DNA of 50,768 nucleotides from Octopus bimaculoides (GCF_001194135.2 NC_068988.1:17836150-17886917), one strand, 5' to 3'; numbered from the stretch's first letter, positions 11,995 to 24,907 are shown. Program-made: numbers and translations. The notes: generated by a model not told the origin, from the letters alone.

Positions 11995-13090
11995 CATANN
12001 NNNNNNNNNNNNNNNNNNNNNNNNNNNNNNNNNNNNNNNNNNNNNNNNNNNNNNNNNNNNNNNNNNNNNNNNNNNNNNNNNNNNNNNNNNNNNNNNNNNN
12101 NNNNNNNNNNNNNNNNNNNNNNNNNNNNNNNNNNNNNNNNNNNNNNNNNNNNNNNNNNNNNNNNNNNNNNNNNNNNNNNNNNNNNNNNNNNNNNNNNNNN
12201 NNNNNNNNNNNNNNNNNNNNNNNNNNNNNNNNNNNNNNNNNNNNNNNNNNNNNNNNNNNNNNNNNNNNNNNNNNNNNNNNNNNNNNNNNNNNNNTATATA
12301 TATATATATATATATCGTCACACACACTATATTTCAGGAATGCAAGCATTATGTAATTTATCATTTTTCTCTCTGAAGTTTTTTAGTAGACAGTTATTTA
12401 TTACAGGCAAGGCAAAACATAACATCGTTCAAGTGTTTGTTTAAAGACTTTACTACAGCATCCCATTTATTATTAATACCACTGTCTTATACATAGTAAG
12501 ACACCATGTACTTAATATATAAGTACGAGGAATTACTTTCAAATTTTTGGATGTTATGTTTTGTTGTGTCATCCAAGTTGGTAACCAGAGTAGAATCCGT
12601 ATTATCTTATTAAAACTTTACGTCTGCTAGGAGTGTATCCCCGTGTGTGCAGTGAGTGTAGGTGTTTTACCTGGACGTTTCCAAATCTCTATTTTCCAGG
12701 CGTCTACCAGTTGTTTTTCTCCACTATCTATTATTTTACATCTTCAGCTATGATATTCGTTAATCCCTGTGATAGTACATGGTTCAGTTTTTCTTTTGCT
12801 TTGTGGGTGTAGATTATTTCATTCTATCGCCATTTTTCAGATTTTTTTGATTTTTTTATGGTATTGTACTTAAAACTTTTCCAGATATTTTTTCTTCTAC
12901 AGAATCTAATACACTCACCGTATGTTACTTAATTCTCAGCAAAGTATCTGCTTGATAATATTACATTCTTTTACATATCTTCGGAATCATTTGCTTTATT
13001 CTATCAAACCGAAACGGATAGCATGATTTGGTTTTGAACTAGCCCGTTAAAACTTTCGCTCGTGCTTCTTTGAGATGTTGTTCATCTTGA

Positions 13091-13134
<44 letters not shown>

Positions 13135-13692
13135 TTACAAATATTCTTTTGAGAAATATTGTCCACCACGTCGCAGACATGCGTATTTGCAAGTGCGTCT
13201 TTCACAGAAACCCTTCACTGTATATTTGCAGAGTTTTCTCTCTCTGTCTCTTTCCCTCACTCTCTTTCTCTCTNNNNNNNNNNNNNNNNNNNNNNNNNNN
13301 NNNNNNNNNNNNNNNNNNNNNNNNNNNNNNNNNNNNNNNNNNNNNNNNNNNNNNNNNNNNNNNNNNNNNNNNNNNNNNNNNNNNNNNNNNNNNNNNNNNN
13401 NNNNNNNNNNNNNNNNNNNNNNNNNNNNNNNNNNNNNNNNNNNNNNNNNNNNNNNNNNNNNNNNNNNNNNNNNNNNNNNNNNNNNNNNNNNNNNNNNNNN
13501 NNNNNNNNNNNNNNNNNNNNNNNNNNNNNNNNNNNNNNNNNNNNNNNNNNNNNNNNNNNNNNNNNNNNNNNNNNNNNNNNNNNNNNNNNNNNNNNNNNNN
13601 NNNNNNNNNNNNNNNNNNNNNNNNNNNNNNNNNNNNNNNNNNNNNNNNNNNNNNNNNNNNNNNNNNNNNNNNNNNNNNNNNNNNNNNNNNNN

Positions 13693-13734
<42 letters not shown>

Positions 13735-13814
13735 CAAATGATATATGAGCATATGCATGTATACATACATATGTGTACATACTTGCATCTACATGTATAT
13801 ATAGATGCATATCC

Positions 13815-13985
13815 GGGTACAGGACGTTAAAAACCGTGGACAAAAAAAGAACGGGAATATAAACAAAGCACAAAAACGTACTTTTTTACGGACAACAGAA
13901 TGAACACATAGGAAAACAGACGAGCCACTTATGGAACTTTTCCTTCATCAGCTGCCTCTATTCTAAACTAGGCGTTTCGTTCGAG
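13815..13985 (-). repeat. Dispersed repeat family D, copy 1 (possible Penelope-type terminal repeat)
   Basis: Shares gggtacaggacgt...ccttcatcag with 32864-33105 and has CTGATGA on the minus strand. Repeat status is seen in the sequence; Penelope origin is inference. Confidence 0.55.
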
Positions 13986-14749
13986 AGAGAGAAAGATAAT
14001 AATATACATAGAATCAAATACACACACACACACATATACTTATATATATTAGATATATACGTGTGAGTGTGTATATGTCTGTATGATGCAGATCGAAAAT
14101 AGATAGATAAGTAGATGTTGACCTGTTCTGAATTCACATGAGCCTACGCAGCCTAGAATCAAGATATCCGGTTTCAGACAACCATTCTTCTCCTGGTGCA
14201 GGATGACGTGTGAACATTTGGAAATAAATATTGACATCTGAGTTAATCACATTATCAATTGTAAACATTTTTATACGTGTCAGATAAACGTTCAGCTTTC
14301 ACTAGAAATGTTAAAGGAATAGATGCATGCATGCGTGTGTGTATGTATGAGTCTATGTATACTCATACAAACGTAAATGCATATATATATATGTTTATAT
14401 ATATATATATATATATATATATNNNNNNNNNNNNNNNNNNNNNNNNNNNNNNNNNNNNNNNNNNNNNNNNNNNNNNNNNNNNNNNNNNNNNNNNNNNNNN
14501 NNNNNNNNNNNNNNNNNNNNNNTATATGTTTATATATATATATATATGTTTATATATGTTTATATATATATAAATTCAAATTACGACAAACAAACGAAAA
14601 CAAACAAACGAAGTTTGCTTTTAGAGGCGTTGAGATGTCTTAGAAAGTTAAAGAAGTGAATTTAAATTCTCAATCGCATGATAATGCTAATAATATAGCC
14701 TGAACAGGATAAACTACCCCTATTTTGCAGAAAAAAGTGTAGGTGTTTA

Positions 14750-14810
14750 GATGTGGACTCGAACTCACATCTCCGTGATTACGCGTCACGATGCTCTGAC
14801 TACAAATTCC
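14750..14810 (-). pseudogene. tRNA-derived fragment (pseudogene or SINE head)
   Basis: Minus strand has an anticodon-like stem CGTGA/TCACG with a 7-nt loop, a 5-nt variable region and a T-arm with GAGTTCGAGTCC. No acceptor stem; D-arm incomplete. Confidence 0.5.
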
Positions 14811-14836
14811 TCTGCAAATTAAAGATGTACAGAAAA

Positions 14837-14867
<31 letters not shown>

Positions 14868-15774
14868 AATGTAATATGGAATCTTTATTTGTGTGTTTTG
14901 TTCGTTTATGTGCGATTGCATATTCTATTCAGCTATTCTCCTATATAGGAATATAACATGTTAAATATATTCATTCTCTCTATTTTTCTTTTTCTCTCGC
15001 CTCTTTTACCCTTTCTCCTTCTCGCTCTTAAACCTTCTCCTCTACCTCTACACCATTTCGTCTCCATTGTTTCTTCTGTCCTCTGAAGAGGTGAATAAGT
15101 AAAATCCCCATAGAGTTATCATACAGTGAAGTAACTAAAAAATACGACACGAGAATTTTTAGACATGTTATTGAACGACGGTGATTGAACCATAATGCAT
15201 AACGTACAATACATGACCATACATAACAGATAAACGAATACCCAAATGTACTATTCTATAGAAAAGGAAACTATATTTCACCCAATAACATCCTTAATTA
15301 CAATAACTCATTTTGACAACTGAAAACTTACAGCTGATATAACATGGAAATTTATTCTGTACATCATTTCCCTCAGTTATCTATTTCGTAAATATACGAG
15401 TTTTTTTGTTCCTTTGTTTGTTTCTTTGTGTGTTTTGTTCATTGATATTGTTAGGTAATCAATGCGTATTTTCCTCTGAGAATTTATTTTTCATTACGTA
15501 AATAAACTTTAGCAATAATGACATCACTTTTTAAACAGTGAATAGAGTTGGATTGCTGTGCTCTTCCATAGCCAATTTATATAAGTGCATTTCGTAAATA
15601 TCATGTACTTAGGCGATTTGCACGTAGGCAGAGTATGCCTCTGCGTTTGTTGCCAACGCGAGTATATTGTTAGTGAACTCATATATGAGTGTAGGGATTA
15701 ACTGTGAATCTCTTCAATCCTCTGTTTAGCAGCATTGTATTTTATTTATAGACTTACATATCATTTAGCATTTA

Positions 15775-16150
15775 ACTTTTCTCTGTTCCACTCATTGAAC
15801 TGTAGCCATGCTGTCACCCAAACCTTTGAAGGGTTCAATCGAAAAAAAATCGCCCCCAGTGATTATTTTTTAAAATCCTGGTCCTTATTCTATTCTTTTC
15901 TGTTAGCGAACTGCAACGTTACAGGGACGTAAGCAAACTAACACCGGTTGACAAAGGGTGGAGGTACAACCAAAAAGACACATGCATACACAAATACGAC
16001 GGGCTTCCACACAGTTTCCATCTACCAAATTCAGTCACAAGGCATTGTTTGTCTCGGGACGATGGCAGAAGTCTTTACCCAAAGTGCTGCACAGTCGGAC
16101 TCAACGTAAAACCAAGCGCTTGCCAAGCAAGCTTCGAAACCACACAGTCA
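15775..16150 (-). mobile_element. SINE family A, diverged near full-length copy
   Basis: gccatgctg...acagggacgtaagc...atacgacgggcttcc...ccatctaccaaattcagtcacaagg...accacacag. Confidence 0.82.
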
Positions 16151-16669
16151 AGCAAACTAAATATCAGATTATTTAAATGATGGGATTATATTTAACGAAG
16201 GTCACCCTGCCCTTAAGTGTTATATGGTAAAGAAGAAATTTCGCGATGCCATCAAGTCATCTTCAACTAAAACCACTCGAGCATGACATGTATTGTGCGC
16301 AGGCTAATAATTAAAACCTAAGAACGGAACTGTTCTTTTTCTTTTTTTTTTTTTTTTTTTTTTATTATTACAAAAGTGTAAGAATCTGAAAATTCCAATG
16401 TGCAGAAAAAAGTAATTAATCTTAAATTTTCGAAAATCATAGCTCTGCACGCAATCGCACGAAACATCATTTATTGAAATATTTCGATACATTAATTAAT
16501 TAGATAGTTAAAAATGTTTCAAATACAGAAGCACCAAAGTGGCTAGAAAATATGTTTTAAATGTAATGAAACTTTAAAGCTTTCATCTTAATGAAAAGAC
16601 TGGTTCTACTTTACTTTGCAAAGTTATGAGATGTTTGACGGCAACAATAATTATTTATAATATCTTATC

Positions 16670-16880
16670 GTTTATCTTTTATCTGTTTCAATCAGTTGAA
16701 CACCGGCCATGCTGTAGTAGTATGTAGAAGGATCAAGTCGAACAAATCAACCACATTACTTTTTTTTTTTTAGTGTGGTTCTTATTCTAACATTCTGTTT
16801 ATTTATGGGGAGATGAACATAGCAACACCAGTTGGCAAGCGTCGATGGGAGACTAATAAACGCAAATAAACACATGCTTC
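16670..16880 (-). mobile_element. SINE family A, 3' half (decayed)
   Basis: ctgtttcaatcagttg..ggccatgctg and ttcttattct...tatggggagatgaac...gttggcaagcg; runs into a microsatellite and a gap. Confidence 0.6.
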
Positions 16881-16938
16881 CCACCCACACACACACGCAA
16901 ACATACATATATAGATACACACACACATACATACCTAC

Positions 16939-16991
<53 letters not shown>

Positions 16992-17693
16992 NNNNNNNNN
17001 NNNNNNNNNNNNNNNNNNNNNNNNNNNNNNNNNNNNNNNNNNNNNNNNNNNNNNNNNNNNNNNNNNNNNNNNNNNNNNNNNNNNNNNNNNNNNNNNNNNN
17101 NNNNNNNNNNNNNNNNNNNNNNNNNNNNNNNNNNNNNNNNNNNNNNNNNNNNNNNNNNNNNNNNNNNNNNNNNNNNNNNNNNNNNNNNNNNNNNNNNNNN
17201 NNNNNNNNNNNNNNNNNNNNNNNNNNNNNNNNNNNNNNNNNNNNNNNNNNNNNNNNNNNNNNNNNNNNNNNNNNNNNNNNNNNNNNNNNNNNNNNNNNNN
17301 NNNNNNNNNNNNNNNNNNNNNNNNNNNNNNNNNNNNNNNNNNNNNNNNNNNNNNNNNNNNNNNNNNNNNNNNNNNNNNNNNNNNNNNNNNNNNNNNNNNN
17401 NNNNNNNNNNNNNNNNNNNNNNNNNNNNNNNNNNNNNNNNNNNNNNNNNNNNNNNNNNNNNNNNNNNNNNNNNNNNNNNNNNNNNNNNNNNNNNNNNNNN
17501 NNNNNNNNNNNNNNNNNNNNNNNNNNNNNNNNNNNNNNNNNNNNNNNNNNNNNNNNNNNNNNNNNNNNNNNNNNNNNNNNNNNNNNNNNNNNNNNNNATA
17601 TATGGGAGAATATACAAATAATAACAACAGACGAGGACAGGTGGTGTAAATAACAAAAGTATATATTAGTATGACGCTCGGGAATACGGAAAG

Positions 17694-17730
17694 TCTTTGA
17701 CGTTTCGAGCTACGCTCTTCAACAGAAAGA
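17694..17730 (-). ncRNA. Minimal type I hammerhead-ribozyme-like motif, A6U core variant, palindromic stem III
   Basis: UCUUU CUGUUGA A GAGC GUA GCUC GAAA CGU C AAAGA: stem I 5 bp, stem II 4 bp, ACGU palindrome, GUC triplet. Architecture of Penelope-associated dimeric hammerheads; activity unknown. Confidence 0.65.
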
Positions 17731-17793
17731 ATACGGAGACAAGGAGAAAAACACGGAGAAAAAAAATTGAATAGTGTTCAGTCAACGGTCAAT

Positions 17794-17952
17794 CATGACG
17801 GGCTTTTGCTGTATTTCCATCTACCAAATTCACTTACAAGGCATTATTCGGCCCGAACAATAGCAGAAGACACTAGCCCAAGTTACTGCGTAGTGGGAGC
17901 GAACTCAAAACCACTGGGTTACAAAGCGAGCTTTTTAAGCCATTCCTGCACC
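17794..17952 (-). mobile_element. SINE family A, 5' half
   Basis: catgacgggc...ccatctaccaaattcacttacaagg...gccattcctgcacc. Confidence 0.82.
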
Positions 17953-19430
17953 GAATGTTCAAACAGCAAATTTATTCACATAGGTAAGGCGCATAAAAAA
18001 AAAAAAGATAAAGAATAAATTTCCAAAGCAGAATAGTTTCAATATCTACGTAGCGGTTTTGAAATTCCAAAACAGATTAGCCATTAAATTTGGATATCCG
18101 GTTTTAAATTAATTAACTCGAATTACTCTGGAATTTTAACTGGTATCACATCAAAACAAGTTTTACATATTTTTCATTTAATCTCAAAACATCTTTTGAA
18201 ATTAATCTAAAAGATTAGAACAATTTAGAAAAATGTACCATGCGAGTATTTTTCAGTTGAGCTACGATTCAGCTGCGAACTGATTCCAATGCTGTAATAT
18301 GGGCAAAAAGAAACATAAGCTAATTCAGTCCCTGTAATTTCAAGTTAAGAACTTTTATTTCGCTACTGAACTTCATAAAAAGTAAACAAATCATGAAACC
18401 GATGTTCTGTCCTTCCATAGTGAATAAGCTTTTAACCACTACTAAGAGCTCGCTTTATCTTTCTGCTCATAAAGATCTTAGAGCATGCGCGCAAGTGAAT
18501 ATTATAGTGCTACAATAAATCAATAAATTCTATTTCAAAGTCTTGCAAATTTTCTTCAACTTTTCTACCATTCATTCCTATATTTTTATGAAGTTTAATA
18601 CATTTGGAGACATCTTTATTCACATTTATTCTTATACAATGATCACGTATATGTTATTTTCCCATATATATATAGAATATATTAAATCAATATTGTAAAC
18701 TGCCTAAAAGTAACCATTTCTGTAATGACTTGTGTTAATAGAATTATAAAACAATGACAAGTTATTTGATTCAAACTAATGGCTCTCAACTTCTTTTGTT
18801 AATAAAACAACAAGATCCTTTTTATACCTTACCAAATGAAAGCCATTCTAAACGGAAACTCCGTTTACAATTTTTCATATTCTTTATGCTTAAAAATGGA
18901 GTTTTGACTATAGCATTCTGGATTTTTTTCTTTATATATATATATAGAGAGAGAAACTGTAACGGAATCTTTCCGAATAATAAGCACACTCTTTCTATAT
19001 AGGTCTATGAAAAAAAAATATTACCTGTCCATTTTTCAAAGAAGAATAAAAAATACTGCCGGTAACACGCTTCTTATATATTATATATTAATACGAGTCA
19101 TTGTGCACAGAGGTTTAGTCGTACTCACGTTAAAATATTGATTTTAAAAGCTTTAATAGATATAGATGTATGAATCATAGATGTTGACAGCATATAAGCA
19201 TTCATAATAATTCCATTTTATTTCTCACACAACCGCACCAGTATTAATAATAAATAAGATAGAATGAATTACATAAAAATATGGGTAGTATTCTAGATGT
19301 TGATAGGTTGTAATAGCACTGTTACACTAAGTCATGAATTCGAACGTATTCTGACTCATGATTAATATGCCAAGACAAGTGCTCATACTTTATGGAGTAT
19401 AAAATGTAATCATTTTTTTTTGTTGTTTTT

Positions 19431-19586
19431 GGAATGGCTGTGTAGTAAGTAGCTTGCCCCCAACCACATGGTCCCGGGGTCATTTCCGCAGCGTGGCACC
19501 TTGGGCAAGTGTCTTCTACTATAGCCTCAGGCAGACCAAAGTCTTGAGAGTGGATTTGGTCGACGGAAACTGAAAGAATCCCGGCA
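19431..19586 (+). mobile_element. SINE family A, 5' half
   Basis: ggaatggctgtgtagtaagtagcttg...gtggcaccttgggcaagtgtcttc...gacggaaactgaaagaa, followed by (TA)n. Confidence 0.9.
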
Positions 19587-19606
19587 TAGATATATATATA
19601 TATCAA

Positions 19607-19867
19607 TTGATCTGATCAACGGAACAGCTTGCACGTGAAATTAACGTGCAAGCGGGTGAGCACTCCACAGACACGTGTAACTGTAACGTAGTTCTCGGAG
19701 ATTCAGCGTGATACAGAATGTGACACGGCTGGCCCTTTTGAAATACAGGTACCACTCATTTTTTCCAGCTGAGTAGACTGAAGCAAATTGAGATAAAGTG
19801 TCCTGCTGGAGGTCATAAAGCGTCGCCGGGAATTGAACTCACAAGCTTATGATCGTGAGCCGAATAC
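19607..19867 (-). mobile_element. SINE family C2: family C 3' half joined to a different tRNA-like head and body
   Basis: 19607-19750 matches the C tail; 19750-19867 reads (minus) gtgagttcaattcccggcgac...gacactttat...cagtctactcagctggaaaaaatgagt, which is absent from family C. Confidence 0.78.
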
Positions 19868-20096
19868 AAACATACATACATACATACATACATACATACC
19901 TTTCTTTCCTTTCCTGAGCGTCCAGTAACACAATATCTGTATCACGTCCTCGCGTTGTTGTTTTTGTTGGGGTTTTTTTGTCGTTTTTCTTGTTTGAACT
20001 CACTACATACATACATACATACCAACATATATATATACATACACACACACATATATATATATACATATATATTTATATACACACACATATACATAC

Positions 20097-20128
<32 letters not shown>

Positions 20129-20542
20129 TAGACAGCAGTATGCAATATTTTACCAAACAAAAAGAAAACTATAATTGTCACTAAATATGACTAGCATGTT
20201 ACAAACACCTGCATTGTTAGAAATATGAGCTAAAATGCTCTAATGCTATCGTTAAAACACATAATTGAGAGGAACTATAATCACCCGAAAACACCAATCG
20301 AGAATTCGCTATATCACCGGTCAGTTTCGGCAATTTCCGTTGCCTGAACAGTAAGGACTGGCTCGACTGCGACATATTCCCAACTGAATTCTCTGCCAGT
20401 ATATATGTTTGCACCATAAAACTTTAGGGATGATTTAGGGAATTGTGAATGTGTATACAGAAAATTAATATAGACAGGAGTGTGAAATGTTTTACCAAAA
20501 AGGAAAACTATTATTGTCTCTGAGTAGGGTGCTAGAAACACC

Positions 20543-20654
20543 TTGTTGGCACTCCGTCGCTTACGACGTCGAGGGTTCCAGTTGATCCGATCAACGGAAC
20601 AGCCTGCTCGTGAAGTTAACGTGCAAGTGGCCGAGCACTCCACAGACACGTGTA
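20543..20654 (-). mobile_element. SINE family C, 5'-truncated 3' end
   Basis: Near-identical to the C tail (tggcactccgtcgcttacgacgtcgagggttccagttgatccgatc); abuts a TA/TG microsatellite. Confidence 0.92.
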
Positions 20655-20850
20655 TATATATATATATGTGTGTATATATATATATATATGTGTGTGTATC
20701 TATATATATATATGTGTGTATGTATGTATTTATATATGTGTGTATCTATATATATGTGTGTATCTATATATATGTGTGTATCTATATATATGTGTATGTA
20801 TTTATATATATATGTGTGTATATATATATGTATATATATGTGTGTGTATA

Positions 20851-20889
<39 letters not shown>

Positions 20890-21869
20890 AAGCTTACTGT
20901 CAATAAAGGCCGTGGTGCGAGCACATACACGCACATTTAACAAGATGCTATGTTTTTTCATATTATATACCGGACTAAGATATTTATTTTATTCGTGCAC
21001 AAGGCCCGATCTAGCTTAAATATTGACAAGGAAAATCACAACCCCACAGCCTTATTTGTCTTAACTTTCATATTTTATATGCTTAGTATACAATCTCCCG
21101 ATCATGCTCCCATTGCGAACCAAACTGCTGTTCTTTTTTTTTTTTTTTTTTTTTTGCAGATACATTCTTCATCTGTTCTGTTGTGATAGATTTAACACTA
21201 CATAGCTTTCGGAATGTCTTTTCTTGTTGTATTTTATAGACATTCTCATTTGTTTCCCTTACTTCATATCGAGTTTTAGGTCAATCCCAATATATATCTT
21301 GCTGACAGCTATGTATTTTATTGTTTATGCACTAACACTGCACGTATTTGGAAAACGTTTTCTTCTACGGCTGTTGCAGTATTTGTGTAATAACACTGTG
21401 TGACATTACAAAGGTAAAAAAAAATATTACCTTCTTTGCTAATATATATTTCAGGACTATTAAAAGATACATAGCAATATGATCGCTCTAGCTACTAGAA
21501 ACAGTAAATAAATCCAGTCAAATCACACTTCGCCGTTTTGAAAGGATATAGAATAGTCGCATCCGTATTGCTTTGATTATAGGTCTAGGTCTGATAAATC
21601 AGAGTTGACAGAGTTACACAGCTACAACAGCATTATTCCTATTCTCTAGTCAATTTTTTCATCTTTTTTCTTGCATATCGTGAGACATCATCAGCGTGTA
21701 ACTCAACAACTATTAGCATCAATTTATTCTTTTTCCACGTAATCCAGATTATTGAAAATTAGATGTTAAATAAATGCAAATATAAGCAATAGAGATAAAT
21801 ATAAAAATATCAGCTACCCCAAAATGTAATGACATTATGTGTTTGTGCATGTATATAAGTACATGTGTA

Positions 21870-21914
<45 letters not shown>

Positions 21915-22111
21915 ACAATACATTTTTGAGATATGAATATTTTTGTATACAGTATACATAGAAGTACGTGACAACTTGCAGTAACTTTGCCCAAGTATCT
22001 TTGTTCGAATGTCAAACTTAAATTGCTTCTCAAATGTTACAAAATGCTGTATATAAAATATATTATATATAATTACATGTGTGTTTGTTGTATAATAGAT
22101 AAAATATGCTT

Positions 22112-22118
22112 GTAAATA

Positions 22119-22212
<94 letters not shown>
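22112..22212. repeat. (TA)n followed by (TAT)n microsatellite
   Basis: Read directly from the sequence. Confidence 0.96.
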
Positions 22213-22214
<2 letters not shown>

Positions 22215-22594
22215 CACAGAAGCAGCATTAATACCAAAAGTAATTATTATATCCGGCTTAGCATGGATGCCTGGTTAGAACACCGAATACTGTGTTATTG
22301 GCATTGAGAGATCTTCTCATATAGGCCCTTGGTGCATATAAACACACACATAGATAGTAGCAGACTAAATTCACCTGTCGCAGGCGCCAAAATTCTCATA
22401 TCACGTGATTTCGATCTATTGGACCTAACGAGAGGGAAGCACCGCCTGCCAGTCAGATCTTGCTGCTATGATATGTAGGATATCAGCTTTTTTTTTTTTT
22501 CAGACACTGATGTCGCAAATAGCCTGCAGACTAATTAAAAGTTAATTATTAGCAACGAAAGCAGTATTAATACCAAAAGTTAATTATGATGACC

Positions 22595-22672
22595 GGCCTT
22601 ATTCGATGTTTGACGCTTGCTGAAATCTAATCAGAGGTGTCTTACATCATCGTATAATCCGAGAAAAACAAG
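22595..22672 (+). repeat. Unclassified repeat family E, partial copy
   Basis: gccttattcgat...tcagaggtgtcttacatcat...gagaaaaacaag, alignable to 26111-26199 and 35081-35215. Confidence 0.55.
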
Positions 22673-22760
22673 TTTCCAAGCACTAGCTTCAAAAAACTGG
22701 AGCTACAAATTTGCATACTATAAATTATTAATACTCTATTTAATAGAGAGGCCTGTAAGA

Positions 22761-23196
22761 CGGCGAGCTGGCGGTATCGTTAGCATGTCGAGCCTTTAGC
22801 GGCATTTCGTCCCGCTTTCCGTTCTGTGTTCAAATTCCGTCAAAGTCGACTTTGTTTTTCATCCTTTCAGAGTAGATAAAATGAGTACCGGTTGAGCATT
22901 GGGTCGATATAATTGACCTAACCCCTTCCCTCAAAATTGCTTGCCTGGTACCAAAATTTGAAACCGATTTTAGAGGTTTGTAGGCCGGTGAACTGGCGGA
23001 TTCATTACAGCACCGGAAAAACTGCTTAGCGGGTATTTCATCCGACTTTACGTTCTGAGATCAAATGCCGTCGAAGTCTACTTTGTCTCTAATCCATTTC
23101 GCAGTCGACAGAATAAGTGCTAGTTGAGCACTGGGGTCGTTGTAATCGATTTGCCCCTCTTCCGAAGTTGCTTGCCTCGAGCCAAAATTTGAAACT
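22761..23196 (+). mobile_element. Tandem pair of SINE family B copies (22761-22965, 22983-23196)
   Basis: Both have the head, the gtcgactttg...catcctttc core and the ccaaaatttgaaac end. Confidence 0.9.
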
Positions 23197-24165
23197 AATA
23201 TTAGAAGCCTGTCAATGAGTGACCCAGTCCACACAATCAAACAATGATATATGTAAACTTATCTAGTAGATACACAGACATGCCCAATCAATCTATATGT
23301 CCATAGATTGGAAAAAGATGACCTGCCTTTTATCGTCACGGTTGCACATATAGTACTCTAGGAAGACAAACTTGAGATGTTTCGTCATTTATAGAAGTCA
23401 GATACGAGGGTTTTATAGGTGTGATTCTTGTCAAAAATGACAGGCAACATTATTCCTCGCTGAAATTGGCTGCCGCTGTTCCCCTCGTTCAGTGCGCTAC
23501 TTTTTTCAGAACACTACTTTGAACAGTGGCAACTGAAGAAAACCGTTTGGGAGATAAATATGGCAGTTGAAACCAGTTCAAGTTGTGCGCGGTAGATATA
23601 AAATAAAAAGAGACGGTAGATATAAAATCTTTAAAATATACAAAATAAAAAGAGACGGTAGATATAAAATCTTTCTGCAGGCAAAAACTAATTAAGTTCA
23701 GCCTTTGTTGCCACACTCGAAGAAAAGACGTAGCAGCTAAGGGGTGAAATGCCTGTTACTTTGACATATCTGCTGAAGGTCTAATGCTTCAAGCGAACTA
23801 CAACGCTCTTATTTATAAATAAGACAGTTTTAGGCACCATCAAACGCAAGAAGTTGCAATAGCTCCTGTAATTTCAGCTTGAGGCAAAGCATCTCTCACA
23901 CTTATTTCAGCTATACATATACACACGTGCATGCATAAATACTTACACATGTACTTACACACACAGACAGACAGACAGACACGCGCGCGCACGCACGCAC
24001 ACACACATACTCACTTACATACACACGCGTGCACATGAACACAGACATACACACACGCACACATACACACGTATATCGACATACATTACAGAATTACGAT
24101 AAACGTTATCGTTACTATAGTGTGTTCACACTGTTCACGTAATACAGTCATACCTATACTAAGCC

Positions 24166-24237
<72 letters not shown>

Positions 24238-24458
24238 TATACATAAGCACACACACGATTATACATACACACACACGCACACACATATATAAATATATAT
24301 AAAAGAAAAACGGCATTAAAAATTCTGGCAGATATCAAGTAAGCACTCAATATAAAGGAATAAGGTTAAATTTCCAACAATCAGATACCTGGAATGATTT
24401 TCTTCGGACATATTATTAGTTGTTGTATGTATGTATGTATGTATATATGTATGTATGG

Positions 24459-24907
24459 TGCCTTATTAGAATGAAGGATAGCAGGATTCCTAAGCAGATG
24501 CTATATGGAGAACTTGTGAATGGAAGGAGACTCCGGCAGAAACCAAGGCTGCGATTTAAGGGTTGTGTCAAGTCCTCATTAAAGCCCTGTGATATGCAGG
24601 ACAATGACTGGGAGAACAATGCTTGTCATCGCCACAGATGGAGAAGGCAGGTTAAGGAGGGGATCGACACTTTTGAGAGAGCACGTATCAGGCATGAAGA
24701 ACTTAAACGAGCTGCGCGAATGCCCACGGCTCGTATAGTGAATGGGGAAAGCTTGGTCTGCAATGTTTGCAGTCGTGTATGCTTGTCAAGAGCAGGGATC
24801 ATTAGCCACCAACGGAGCCGCAAATGCAAAATATAAGTTAGTCCTAGAGCGCACAATGTTCCTGAATGTCAGCAATGGTCATCCTCGGTCACGAGTGGAC
24901 GGCCATC
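24459..24907 (+). mobile_element. RTE-clade LINE, 5'-truncated 3' fragment
   Basis: Open frame LIRMKDSRIPKQMLYGEL..G.R...PRLRFK...WE..A..RHRWR..V..G...FE, ending in CNVCSRVCLSRAGIISHQR, the typical RTE C-terminus with C2H2-like finger. Short 3' UTR; probable TSD atgtatgg (24451-24458, 24908-24915). Confidence 0.92.

Noticed and set aside
12560-13010. Possible decayed RLE-LINE 3' end on the minus strand
   Set aside because: Only faint resemblance to TAHILRKVL-type endings; no continuous frame.
13040-13080. Minus-strand CUCAAAGA...GAAAG hammerhead-like remnant
   Set aside because: Core has the wrong length, stem II is only 2 bp and there is no stem I.
15331-15379. Minus-strand candidate exon (ITEGNDVQNKFPCYIS) ending at GTAAGT
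   Set aside because: Poor acceptor and no recognisable homology.
23591-23674. Tandem duplication of aaaataaaaagagacggtagatataaaatcttt
   Set aside because: Simple local slippage; two and a half copies without unique spacers, so not CRISPR-like.
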